From contig DCDV01000006.1 in assembly GCA_002316595.1 (NCBI GenBank), positions 1,217 to 58,224 on the forward strand: 57,008 nucleotides of DNA. Reading direction: 5' to 3'. The notes under the pieces are model-generated. The model saw only the letters and a list, made by a program, of their open reading frames with translations, did no database searches and was not told where the DNA came from. Shown piece after piece: positions 46,436-56,105 of this stretch. The position numbers and the translations under genes were made by a program. The stretch's first letter is position 1. Every line of letters begins with the position of its first letter. This stretch comes from Mageeibacillus sp. UBA1046 (GTDB taxonomy: Bacteria > Bacillota > Clostridia > Saccharofermentanales > DTU023).

Positions 46436-48481
46436 TTATTTTACCCCCGAATTAATAATCAAATGTCCATAATCATCGACTGAAAGCTTTTGATCCGGCA
46501 GAACTACAGTGGTTGCCGTCTTTTCGTCTATGAGCATTGGGCCGTTACCAGTAAATCCGGCTTTTAACTTTGACCTGAGATAAACAGGTGTCTCGTGCCA
46601 TTTTTTATCGTTATACAGAACGTTTCGTGTGCCCTCGGATTCGATAATTTCATCGCCAATAGCGGCGATCTTAGCTATTTCCGGCTTGTCCAATATGCCC
46701 AGCGCTACCAAATGGAAGTTGACTATTTCAACAGGAGTTCCATCAAGCCGGAATGTATAGGCATGCTCATGATTCTTGTGGAATGTCTCAAGAAGATCGG
46801 TGCCGGTATTCTCATCCCATGTTATTGTAGATGCTTGTACCGGTACTGTATGCTCTTGCCCCTGGTAACGCATATCAACAATAGTCTGGAAGACAATCTC
46901 TTTGTTGCTAAGACCTTCGTTATACATACGCTGCATAGCTTCTTCTTTCAGACCATTCCAGATTGAGTTGATCTCATCAGCAGAGGTTGTTTCCAAGGGA
47001 CAAATGACGGTTCTGACCCAATCATGCCGTACATCCGTCATTAGCATGCCCCAGGCAGAAAATACTGCCGCAGAATTTGGCACTATCACGCCATTGGCGT
47101 TTAGCTCACGAGCAAGTTCCGCACAATGCATCGGGCCGCCGCCGCCATGAGCTACTATAGCGAATTCTCTAGGGTCATAACCACGTCTCACAGAAACAAG
47201 TCTCAGGGCATTGACCATATTGGCTTCTGCTACCCTGATAATATCCAGTGCTGCTTCATCAACGTTTACTCCCATTGGCTTAGCGATCTTTTCTTCGATA
47301 ACAGCCTTTACTTTACCCATGTCAACATCCATGTCGAAATTAGCCGGCGATAAACGGCCGGTAACTAAACAAGCATCAGTAGTGGTGGGCTCAGTACCGC
47401 CTAACCCATAAGCAACCGGGCCTGGAAATGCCCCGGCGGATTCCGGACCAACCCGCAAAGAACCCGCATTATCTATCCAGGCTATTGAACCTCCTCCATT
47501 GCCGATTTCATTGATATCAATGACCGGCACCATGACCGGATAGCCGGCATAACGTTCTGTACGCTGAATTCTATACTCAGTTGTTACTGTAGTTTTCCCA
47601 TTATCGATTAGTGAGCATTTGGCTGTGGTCCCGCCGATATCCATGGAGATAATATTCTTTACTCCAATGATTTCGCCCAAAATTGCAGAGCCAAGCACGC
47701 CTGCCACGGGTCCTGACTCTAACAGGTTTATCGGTGTCCTTCTGGCTTGAGTGAAGGTAGTGCTTCCGCCATTGCTTTGCATGAGATATTTTTTGCCTTC
47801 AAATCCTTCGCTGCCAAGTTTTGTCTCCAGCCTGTCCAGATATGAGGAGGCCATTGGCAGGACATAGGCGTTTAATGCAATCGAGCTGGTTCTTTCATAT
47901 TCACGCCATTCCCGGGTAATCTCAACTGAAGCTGTTACGAACACTTCGGGCCATGCCTGACGAACTAATTCAAGAGTTCGAAGCTCATGCTCATCATTAA
48001 TATAAGAATTGAGATAGCATATCGCAATGCTCTCAACTCCCTCCTTCTTAAAATACTCAACGCACTTCAGAACATCATCTTCATTAAGAGGAGTAACGAC
48101 AGTTCCGTCAGTAGCTACCCTCTCAGTAACTTCCCTGCGCAGATAACGGGGAATGAAAGGTTTGGGTTTCGCAAACACCAGATTAAATAAATCCGGGCGG
48201 TTACAGCGTTGAATCTCCAAAATATCCCGGAAACCTTTTGTAGTGATCAGCGCGGTTTTTGCTCCTTTGCGCTCTATGAGCGTGTTAATTATTGTTGTAG
48301 TCCCATGGAGGAACATTTCAATATCAGATGCTGATGTGCCACTCTCATGAATAACATTAAGTACTCCTTTTTCAAAATCAGGAGGAGTAGTGTTAGTCTT
48401 GTGAGTAATTAGATTACCCTTATCATCCAGAGCGACCAAGTCAGTAAATGTACCACCAATATCCGTTGCTACTCTTGTCAT
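46436..48481 (-). CDS. hydantoinase/oxoprolinase A family protein (pair 1)
   Basis: 681 aa. DIGGTFTD, ITTKGFRDILEI, MDIGGTTAK. Confidence 0.85.
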   Translation of the reverse strand: MTRVATDIGGTFTDLVALDDKGNLITHKTNTTPPDFEKGVLNVIHESGTSASDIEMFLHGTTTIINTLIERKGAKTALITTKGFRDILEIQRCNRPDLFNLVFAKPKPFIPRYLRREVTERVATDGTVVTPLNEDDVLKCVEYFKKEGVESIAICYLNSYINDEHELRTLELVRQAWPEVFVTASVEITREWREYERTSSIALNAYVLPMASSYLDRLETKLGSEGFEGKKYLMQSNGGSTTFTQARRTPINLLESGPVAGVLGSAILGEIIGVKNIISMDIGGTTAKCSLIDNGKTTVTTEYRIQRTERYAGYPVMVPVIDINEIGNGGGSIAWIDNAGSLRVGPESAGAFPGPVAYGLGGTEPTTTDACLVTGRLSPANFDMDVDMGKVKAVIEEKIAKPMGVNVDEAALDIIRVAEANMVNALRLVSVRRGYDPREFAIVAHGGGGPMHCAELARELNANGVIVPNSAAVFSAWGMLMTDVRHDWVRTVICPLETTSADEINSIWNGLKEEAMQRMYNEGLSNKEIVFQTIVDMRYQGQEHTVPVQASTITWDENTGTDLLETFHKNHEHAYTFRLDGTPVEIVNFHLVALGILDKPEIAKIAAIGDEIIESEGTRNVLYNDKKWHETPVYLRSKLKAGFTGNGPMLIDEKTATTVVLPDQKLSVDDYGHLIINSGVK

Positions 48482-48952
48482 GTATTAGCCTCGCTTCCTT
48501 ACGATTTTTCATTTTAATATAGATGATGCATGGTAATTTAGTATATCAATTTATTTTAATGAATAGCAACAATTCTCTTGCACATTCAAGTAAAATTATG
48601 TATTCTTTAAATATTCTCTCAAACGATAGGTAATAAACAATTAGTAATAGTCCTTACTGCTGGAATTTTTATTGTTAATAGATAAGTTATTCATAATCTA
48701 TAATTATTATTAACAGGAGTTCTGCTTTGAATATTATTAATGACAAATTTTGCATGAGCCGGCAGCAATTATGTTGAGAACGTCAGGAGGTGATGAAAGA
48801 ACCCCTCAGGAGAATTATGTTTATATTCCCGATCTGATTTTTATCAGTTCAATTGATTTTGAAAGCACACACAGGGCAGCAAGGAAGGTTCCTGGCTAAT
48901 GATCTTTTGGAGATAAGGCTTGGACCTTTATTTATTTTGAGGAGGTTGAGAT

Positions 48953-51010
48953 ATGCCTTTAAGAGTAGCAGTTGACATAGGCGGAACATTCACTGATTTT
49001 GTATGTCTTGACGAAGAGACCGGCCAAATCATTGAAGAGAAGGCGCATACTACACCGGATAATTTCTCTAGAGGTGTAGAAAATGCCATAGGTAAATCCG
49101 GGATTGATCTTAAGGAAGTGGTCTATTTCGTCCATGGTACTACAGTAGTAATAAATGCTGTAACGGAAAGAAGTGGTGCCAAGACAGCACTTTTAACAAC
49201 TAAAGGGTTTAGAGATGTCTTGGAGATAGGCCGGGCTAACAGACCGGATATGTACAATTATTTTTATAAGAAACCGGTTCCCTTTGTACCCCGCTATTTG
49301 CGTTATGAAGCAGATGAGAGGCTCACATTTGAAGGTGAGATACTCAAAGAAATTAATGATGAGGAAATCAGGGATATTGCCCGAAAGATGAAAGCTCAGG
49401 GAGTCGAGGCTGTTGCAGTTTCTTTCCTGCATTCTTACAAAAACCCTGTCTCAGAAAAACGTGCAGAAAAGATATTAAAAGAAGAACTGCCGGGAGTCCC
49501 GATCACCGTTTCCTCGGATCTCGCCAGTATTTGGCGTGAGTATGAGAGAACCAGCACATCCGTGTTGAATGCTTATGTAATGCCGTCCACTTCACTATAT
49601 TTGGATACTCTTCAAGAACATCTCAATGAAAAGGGTTTGCAGGGTGAACCATTTACTATGTTAAGTAATGGCGGCACAGCTACTTTTTCGAGAAGTAAGG
49701 AGATTCCGATTACTCTGATTGAATCAGGACCGGTTGGTGGAGTTATTGGCGCTGCCGCAATAGGCGAGCTCATGGACATACCCAACATCATCACATTTGA
49801 TGTCGGAGGTACAACTGCTAAAACCTCTCTGATCGACAACGGCCATGTCAATATAACGACTGAATACAAGCTTGAGTGGACACCCTTGTTTGCCGGTTAT
49901 CCTGTCAAGTCTCCGACTGTAGATATTGTTGAGATTGGCAGCGGCGGCGGCTCGATAGCCTGGATAGATTCTGTTGGAGTTTTAAAGGTAGGACCAAGAA
50001 GTGCCGGAGCTCATCCCGGACCTGCTTGTTATGATCTGGGAGGAACAGAACCGACAATTACTGATGCAAATCTGGTGCTTGGCCGTATCAGTCCTGACAA
50101 TTTTCTTGGTGGAACCTTTAAGGTAAATATAGAGAAGGCGCGCGAGGCGATTAAGCCAATTGCAGACCATTTCAATATTAGCATTGAGGAAGCTGCAGGT
50201 GGGATCATCCAGATTGCGAACGGCGATATGCTTAACGCTCTAAAACTGATCTCTGTCAGGCGCGGATTCGATCCCCGGGATTTTTCCATGCTGGTTCAAG
50301 GTGGAAATGGTGCTGTCTTTGGTCCGGAACTTGCCAAGGAGCTTAAGGTTAAAGAAGTTATTGTGCCAAATCTGCCGGGAACTTTCTCTGCTTGGGGAAT
50401 GCTTGTTTCCGACTTGCGACAGGATTTCATACAAACGAATATTACTCCACTTGAAGGAGCGGACCTTAGCTCAATCAATGCTGTTTATGATGAGATGGCA
50501 ACTGAGGCTGAAGAAGTATATGCCAGACAAAATATCCCCAAAGAGAATCTGATTGTTCGAAGATCTGCAGAAATTCGTTACATAGGCCAAGAGCATGGAG
50601 TTGTAACTCCGGTTGAATCGGGGATACTGGATAAAGATGCGCTTTTAAGAGCAAGAAATAAATTCGATGAACTCCATAACCAAAATTACAGTTTCAAGCT
50701 TGATGCACCTGTTGAATTTGTAAGCTTCAATTTAACAGCATTCGGAGTTGTTACCAAGCCTGAACTTAAAAAATTAGAGCCCGCAGGCAGAGATCTGATA
50801 GAGACTCAAAAAGGTAAAAGAGAAGTTATTTTTAAAGAAGAAGGCAAATTGCTGTGTCCTGTATTTGACCGCAACTTATTGGATCCTGGTCATAAGATTC
50901 TTGGACCTGCTATTGTTGAAGAAAGCAAATCCGTAACTGTATTGTGCCCTGGACAAGAGTTGATCGTTGACGACTTTGGCAATTTGATCGTTAGTAATTT
51001 GGAGGAATAG
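48953..51010 (+). CDS. hydantoinase/oxoprolinase A family protein (pair 2)
   Basis: 685 aa, colinear with the pair-1 A subunit (DIGGTFTD, LTTKGFRDVLEI, FDVGGTTAK). Confidence 0.85.
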   Translation: MPLRVAVDIGGTFTDFVCLDEETGQIIEEKAHTTPDNFSRGVENAIGKSGIDLKEVVYFVHGTTVVINAVTERSGAKTALLTTKGFRDVLEIGRANRPDMYNYFYKKPVPFVPRYLRYEADERLTFEGEILKEINDEEIRDIARKMKAQGVEAVAVSFLHSYKNPVSEKRAEKILKEELPGVPITVSSDLASIWREYERTSTSVLNAYVMPSTSLYLDTLQEHLNEKGLQGEPFTMLSNGGTATFSRSKEIPITLIESGPVGGVIGAAAIGELMDIPNIITFDVGGTTAKTSLIDNGHVNITTEYKLEWTPLFAGYPVKSPTVDIVEIGSGGGSIAWIDSVGVLKVGPRSAGAHPGPACYDLGGTEPTITDANLVLGRISPDNFLGGTFKVNIEKAREAIKPIADHFNISIEEAAGGIIQIANGDMLNALKLISVRRGFDPRDFSMLVQGGNGAVFGPELAKELKVKEVIVPNLPGTFSAWGMLVSDLRQDFIQTNITPLEGADLSSINAVYDEMATEAEEVYARQNIPKENLIVRRSAEIRYIGQEHGVVTPVESGILDKDALLRARNKFDELHNQNYSFKLDAPVEFVSFNLTAFGVVTKPELKKLEPAGRDLIETQKGKREVIFKEEGKLLCPVFDRNLLDPGHKILGPAIVEESKSVTVLCPGQELIVDDFGNLIVSNLEE

Positions 51011-51012
51011 AG

Positions 51013-52752
51013 ATGAAAACAAAACTTGATCCATTTACTCGTGAGAATATTTCACAAAGTTTGCTGGCTGCAGCCGATGAAATGTTTTATACCTGGGGCA
51101 GAACAAGCCAGAGCACGATCATATATGAAGTATTGGACTATGCCTGTGGATTAACTGACTCAAATGGCAACCTCATTAGTCAGGCCAATGGCGTAACCAT
51201 GTTCTTGGGCGCAATAACATATTCCGCCAAAGCAATTCTCCAGAAATATGGTAAAGAAAACATTAAGCCCGGAGATATGTTTTTAACTAACGACCCTTAT
51301 ACAGGTTCAGGGACACACCTCTGCGATGTAGCTGCTGTGTTACCAATTTTCTACAAAGATGAACTTGTATGCTTTGCAGTGAATAAAGGGCATTGGAACG
51401 AAATTGGCGGCACAAATCTTGGCAGCTGGGCTACTGATACTACAGAAATATTTCAAGAAGGCATGATCTTTCCTGATATCCGTATTTATGATCAAGGAGT
51501 CTTTAATGAGTCTGTCAGAGACATGATTACAGCCAACTGCAGAACTCCGGAAATGACGGTTGGCGATCTATATGCTCAAACAGCAGCGTTAAGAACGGCT
51601 GAACATAGAGTCATTGAAATATTCGATAAATATGGCCGCGATCACGTTATTGAGAGTATGGAATATACGATTGATACCGGACGTAAGAGGGCTTTGCTGG
51701 AATTGTCGAAAATGCCCAAAGGAGTCTATTATGCTGAGGATGTCCTGGATACTGATGCAAATCAGGTTGAGGATGTTCCGATTAAGGTTAAGGTTACAAT
51801 AACCGAGGATACTTTTGAACTGGACTTTACAGGAACAGGAGATGCGGTAGCTGCCCCGATCAATTGCTCAATATATGGAGCATTGGTAGCAGCTAGAGTT
51901 ATTTTCCATGCTTTGGCAGCACCTCATGCTACAGGCAATGAAGGTTTCTATAGTCTGATCAAGGTGACAGCTCCGGAGAATTGTCTTTTCAATGCAAAAA
52001 AGCCATATCCTGTTTCCAGCGACTGGGAGCCTATTCAGATCTTCACAGATGTCGTACTTAAGGCACTGGCTGATGCCATGCCAGAGAGAGTCGCAGCAGG
52101 TCATTTCCTTTCTATTGTCGGCACTATCATTGGCGGGATAGAAGATAAAACCGGCAAACCCTTTGTTCTTAGTGAGCCTCAAGCCGGTGGCTGGGGGGCA
52201 GGATTTAACAAAGATGGCGAGAACGGGCTAGTCGCAATTGCTGATGGCGAAACTTTCGTAATTCCCGTTGAAGTTTGTGAGTTCCGATATCCGTTACGCG
52301 TAGAACAGTATACCTTTAATCCAATATCCGGCGCAGGCAGGTATAGAGGTGGTAAGGGTCTGATCAGAGACTATAGGATTTTGAATTCTAAAGCGGAGCT
52401 GACTACAATTGCCAGCAGACATAAGTATCCGCCCTGGGGATTCGCAGGAGGCAAGGACGGTTCTCCCAATGGCGTAGAGCTCATCAAGGGAGACGGCAGT
52501 GGTTCTGAAATTCGTGCTACCTGGTCTCATGAACCAATAGTGAGAGGTGATGTAGCTCGTTTCATTACTGGAGGCGGAGGTGGTTATGGTGATCCGTTTG
52601 AAAGGCCGGTTGAGTCTGTGATGGATGACCTTCTGAATGAGATGATCACACTAGAAGAGGCAAAAGAAGACTATGGTGTTGTATTTAACGAGGTGACGGG
52701 GAAGCTGGATGAGGAAGCGACTCGTCAGGCTCGCAAAAAGGAGGATGACTGA
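51013..52752 (+). CDS. hydantoinase B/oxoprolinase family protein (pair 2)
   Basis: 579 aa. NDPYTGSGTHLCDV, GGWGAG, TGGGGGYGDP. RBS GGAGGAA lies inside the end of the A gene. Confidence 0.85.
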   Translation: MKTKLDPFTRENISQSLLAAADEMFYTWGRTSQSTIIYEVLDYACGLTDSNGNLISQANGVTMFLGAITYSAKAILQKYGKENIKPGDMFLTNDPYTGSGTHLCDVAAVLPIFYKDELVCFAVNKGHWNEIGGTNLGSWATDTTEIFQEGMIFPDIRIYDQGVFNESVRDMITANCRTPEMTVGDLYAQTAALRTAEHRVIEIFDKYGRDHVIESMEYTIDTGRKRALLELSKMPKGVYYAEDVLDTDANQVEDVPIKVKVTITEDTFELDFTGTGDAVAAPINCSIYGALVAARVIFHALAAPHATGNEGFYSLIKVTAPENCLFNAKKPYPVSSDWEPIQIFTDVVLKALADAMPERVAAGHFLSIVGTIIGGIEDKTGKPFVLSEPQAGGWGAGFNKDGENGLVAIADGETFVIPVEVCEFRYPLRVEQYTFNPISGAGRYRGGKGLIRDYRILNSKAELTTIASRHKYPPWGFAGGKDGSPNGVELIKGDGSGSEIRATWSHEPIVRGDVARFITGGGGGYGDPFERPVESVMDDLLNEMITLEEAKEDYGVVFNEVTGKLDEEATRQARKKEDD

Positions 52753-54092
52753 TGAGTACTGAGAACCAAGTTAAGGTCGATGAACTAAATGTTAATGAGG
52801 CTGGATTGACCCCGATTCCTCTGGCTAAACGTGAAAGCTGGCTTCCAGCTGCCATTGTGTGGGCAGGGTGCGAATTTACGATCAGTGTAATCATGGGAGG
52901 TGCCGGCCTTGCAGCAGGATTGGGTGTGCAAAGGTTTTTGATCACCATGATAGGTGTTATGCTTTTAATCACCTGGCCTACAGATGCCTTGAACAGCTAT
53001 GTTGGCGCAGTGACGGGAAGATCTGCTACTGCAATTACCAGATCATCTTTCGGGGCATTGCAATCGAGAACTATTGTATCAGGTATTATCACCTTCAATG
53101 TTTTGGGCTGGTGGGGCATCCAAACCGCAGTTACAGGAAATGCCTTGTGTGCTTTGTTAGGTATTGATTATACTGAGAATAGACTGGCATTTGTTTTACT
53201 TACAATAGTTGCAGGTGTTATCTTTGCCATACCTGCGATTGGGGGGTACACCTCAATAAAAATTGTTGACTATATTGCAGTTCCGGCAGGCATAATCTTT
53301 TTGGTGGCAGCTTTCTATTTAGCTATCAAAAATACTGGGTTCTCTACGATATGGAACTTTAAACCCATTCCAGGTACTGAAATAAATTTGCGTGACGCAA
53401 TCGGTGTCCTTGTGGGAACAAATGTGAGCCAAATGATAATCATGGCGGACTATACCCGCAATGTTAAACCAGAAAAAAAGCATGCGTTCCTGGTTCCTCT
53501 GGGAGTGGTCTTTACTGGGATTCTTCTCTTTGCAATGGGAGCAGCTATGGGTGTCGGCAGAGGTACGTATGATATAGTTCAAATCATGCTTGACATGGGA
53601 TTTGGCTGGTGGGGGTTCATCGTATTGTGGTTAGCGCAGTGGACGTCACAGCTTGTTAACGGCTATTCTCTAGGTCTGAGTGCATGCAACATGGCCAATG
53701 TTAAGACCGAAAAAGGCAGAAAGATCACTACTACAGTAATGATTGCCATTGCTTTGTTAATGGCGATTTTAGGCATCCTTGACAGATTCCAGGATTTCCT
53801 TATTCTTACGTCCTTATTGTTCCCGCCTGTTGGTTCAATCATGGTGGTCGATATCTTAATATTGAACAAAAAGACCTGGCGAGACATGCAAGGCTGGAAC
53901 TGGGTAGCTACTATAGCTTTAGTCTTCGGACTGGCTTTAGGTTATGTGACTCAGTATGTGTACCCGCTAGGGATTCCAGCGGTGCAGAGCTATCTGCTTA
54001 CCGGTTTACTCTATTATGTACTGACTTATTTTAGAGCAAAATTTAATCCAAACCATCCGTTTACCCCGACTCGTTGGGCAAAAGCTGAATAA
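52752..54092 (+). CDS. NCS1 (purine-cytosine permease-like) transporter
   Basis: 446 aa, about 12 TM. TGATG overlap with the hyuB stop. N-terminal IPLAKRESW... typical of CodB-like permeases. Confidence 0.75.
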   Translation: MSTENQVKVDELNVNEAGLTPIPLAKRESWLPAAIVWAGCEFTISVIMGGAGLAAGLGVQRFLITMIGVMLLITWPTDALNSYVGAVTGRSATAITRSSFGALQSRTIVSGIITFNVLGWWGIQTAVTGNALCALLGIDYTENRLAFVLLTIVAGVIFAIPAIGGYTSIKIVDYIAVPAGIIFLVAAFYLAIKNTGFSTIWNFKPIPGTEINLRDAIGVLVGTNVSQMIIMADYTRNVKPEKKHAFLVPLGVVFTGILLFAMGAAMGVGRGTYDIVQIMLDMGFGWWGFIVLWLAQWTSQLVNGYSLGLSACNMANVKTEKGRKITTTVMIAIALLMAILGILDRFQDFLILTSLLFPPVGSIMVVDILILNKKTWRDMQGWNWVATIALVFGLALGYVTQYVYPLGIPAVQSYLLTGLLYYVLTYFRAKFNPNHPFTPTRWAKAE

Positions 54093-54123
54093 TCTTGACG
54101 TAAACTATCTAGAATAATTTTGA

Positions 54124-54158
54124 TTGTGGCAACGAAGATGCGGACTTCGTTGCCACAA
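54124..54158 (+). other. perfect 14-bp stem / 7-nt loop hairpin without U-tract
   Basis: TTGTGGCAACGAAG-atgcgga-CTTCGTTGCCACAA, between the permease and cupin genes, followed by RBS GGGAGGAG. Confidence 0.7.
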
Positions 54159-54180
54159 TAACATTGGGAGGAGAATAACT

Positions 54181-54504
54181 TTGAAAGTTAAAAACATAGA
54201 AGAATTAAATTCTACAGTACGTGATGACGGTTTGATAATGACAGATATTTTCAAGCACAAAGATCTGGGTGTACAAATCGGAATGGCAGTTTTCCCGCCT
54301 CACGCTCAGGTAATCCCCGCAACTCATGAAGAGCATGAATATTCATATATAATTGAAGGCTCCATAAAAGTTACTGCAGAAAATGGTCAATTTAGAGTTT
54401 CCAAGGGCATGATGTGCAATATCGCTGCCGGAGAGCTGCACGGTGTTGTTAATGATAATGATAATGAATGTCGTTTGATTTGGGTGTTTATCGACGATAA
54501 ATAA
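54181..54504 (+). CDS. cupin domain protein
   Basis: ORF 54124..54504. The upstream part is the hairpin. TTG at 54181 follows GGGAGGAG. Cupin motifs HEEHEYSYIIEG and GELHGVVN. Confidence 0.7.
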   Translation: MKVKNIEELNSTVRDDGLIMTDIFKHKDLGVQIGMAVFPPHAQVIPATHEEHEYSYIIEGSIKVTAENGQFRVSKGMMCNIAAGELHGVVNDNDNECRLIWVFIDDK

Positions 54505-54528
54505 TCCAATCTGGTGAGATAATTAATA

Positions 54529-54560
54529 CCCTCGCAAATAGAAAACAAGCGAGAGGGTTT
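54529..54560 (+). terminator. weak rho-independent terminator candidate
   Basis: CCCTCGC...GCGAGAGGG imperfect hairpin followed by TTT. Confidence 0.35.
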
Positions 54561-54698
54561 AGTAACTAGTCTTAAATTACTATGGAGTTCATGTGCCTTA
54601 GCTATCAAGGTTTATACAGTTGTCTGGCCTGAAGTTGCGTAATTAATTATTTTCAGGTAACATTTGTCGGGACTTAAATTGGTGTAGACGAGGTTATT

Positions 54699-55997
54699 GT
54701 GAACTCATATATTCTTGAGGGCGGTTGCTGCCTAAGGGGAAAAATTAGAATAAGCGGCTCTAAGAATGCGGCGCTGCCAATCCTGGCAGCGACAGTTTTG
54801 CTGGGCGGCAAATATCGTATTGAGAATGTACCCTTAATTGAAGACATCCTTACTTTGCTGGACATACTTAGATCTCTGGGCGCCGGCGTTGAGCTGTCTG
54901 ATGGCACAGTAGTCATTGACAGTTCAACCGTTAAGATCACGACTGCCACTTCAGATGAAGTAAGTAAGCTCAGAGGCTCCTATTACCTTTTAGGAGCGCT
55001 GCTGGGGAGATTCGGTCATGCCTGCCTGAAGATGCCCGGCGGCTGTAATTTTGGCTGCAGGCCGATAGACATGCACCTGAACGGCTTCCGCCAGCTGGGT
55101 GCTGAAATCGCAGTTGAAGGCGATGTTGTAACCTGTTCAGCTGACAATCTGGTCGGCAAAAACATTTTCATGGACATTGTCAGTGTGGGAGCGACCGTCA
55201 ACCTGATACTGGCTGCAGTCAAAGCGAAAGGCATTACGGTCATATACAATGCCGCCAAGGAGCCGCATGTTGTTGATATGGCCAACTTTCTGAATGCCAT
55301 GGGTGCAAATATCCATGGAGCCGGCACAGACATTATCCGCATTCACGGGCGCCATACGCTGAGCAGCAGCGGCAGCTACGCGATCATCCCTGATCAGATT
55401 GAAGCGGGAACCTATATGGCTATGGCTGCGCTGACGGGCGGAGATATCGTACTGGAAAATGTAATTCCCAGCCATCTGGAAGCTGTTTCCGCCAAGTTGA
55501 GAGAGATGAATGTCACAGTCACTGCAGGTGAGGACAGTGTCAGAGTTCGGGTGGAGCCTGGACAAGAACTGATATCTACAAATTTCGTCACCTCCCCTTA
55601 TCCCGGATTCCCTACTGATATGCAGCCCCAGATAATGGTTTTGCTCTCGCAGGCCAAAGGAACGGGCAAAGTTACCGAGAATGTCTGGAACAGCCGTTTC
55701 CAGTATATTGAGGATCTGCGTTCGCTGGGAGCTAAAATCGTTACAGAGGGCCGCTCTGCCTTCGTTACAGGGACATCTGAGCTTTCGGCCTCTGCGGTCA
55801 GAGCCCACGACCTGCGAGCGGGAGCAGCCATGGTAATGGCCGGATTGGTTGCCGAGGGCACTACAGAAATCAGAAATGCAGACTTGATTGAGCGCGGCTA
55901 TGAAAACTTCGTGGAAAAGATGAGAAGTCTGGGCGCAATATTTGAAAAACGACCGACGGTGGCTGAGAGTCCTGCCGAGGTAGGTTCTGCCGTCTGA
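54699..55997 (+). CDS. murA: UDP-N-acetylglucosamine 1-carboxyvinyltransferase (paralogue 2)
   Basis: GTG start. ISGSKNAALP, MPGGCNFGCRPIDMH, PYPGFPTDMQPQ. Confidence 0.9.
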   Translation: MNSYILEGGCCLRGKIRISGSKNAALPILAATVLLGGKYRIENVPLIEDILTLLDILRSLGAGVELSDGTVVIDSSTVKITTATSDEVSKLRGSYYLLGALLGRFGHACLKMPGGCNFGCRPIDMHLNGFRQLGAEIAVEGDVVTCSADNLVGKNIFMDIVSVGATVNLILAAVKAKGITVIYNAAKEPHVVDMANFLNAMGANIHGAGTDIIRIHGRHTLSSSGSYAIIPDQIEAGTYMAMAALTGGDIVLENVIPSHLEAVSAKLREMNVTVTAGEDSVRVRVEPGQELISTNFVTSPYPGFPTDMQPQIMVLLSQAKGTGKVTENVWNSRFQYIEDLRSLGAKIVTEGRSAFVTGTSELSASAVRAHDLRAGAAMVMAGLVAEGTTEIRNADLIERGYENFVEKMRSLGAIFEKRPTVAESPAEVGSAV

Positions 55998-56041
55998 TTG
56001 TAAATTTGACCGGATGTCGAGTTCTGCCGCCTGATGTGAAT
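55984..56041. repeat. 2 x about 22-bp direct repeat GTTCTGCCG(T/C)CTGAT(T)GT(A/G)AAT, 37-bp period
   Basis: Copies at 55984..56005 (spans the murA stop) and 56021..56041. Confidence 0.75.
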
Positions 56042-56105
56042 GCCGTTCTAAGATAGGACGGTGTCCCCTGGACAGACCGCAGAACAGAAAGTTTAGCGTC
56101 TTCGT

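Noticed and set aside
48793-48837. 14-codon mini-ORF (MKEPLRRIMFIFPI) as a leader peptide in the hyu divergent region
   Set aside because: AGGAGG is only 2 nt from the ATG, which is too close for a functional RBS. There is no attenuator structure obvious downstream.
48886-48930. Guanidine-I (ykkC)-like riboswitch upstream of hyuA-2 (AGGTTCCTGGC … CTTGGACC)
   Set aside because: It only superficially resembles the AGGGUUCCGGC / GGUCCGAGAG blocks, and the conserved ACGG…GGGA 3' half is absent. cmscan would settle it.
55137-55808. 223-aa ORF antisense to murA-2. Similar antisense ORFs occur at 55016..55342, 42025..42288 and 19770..20168.
   Set aside because: They are shadow ORFs opposite strongly conserved genes, with no motifs.
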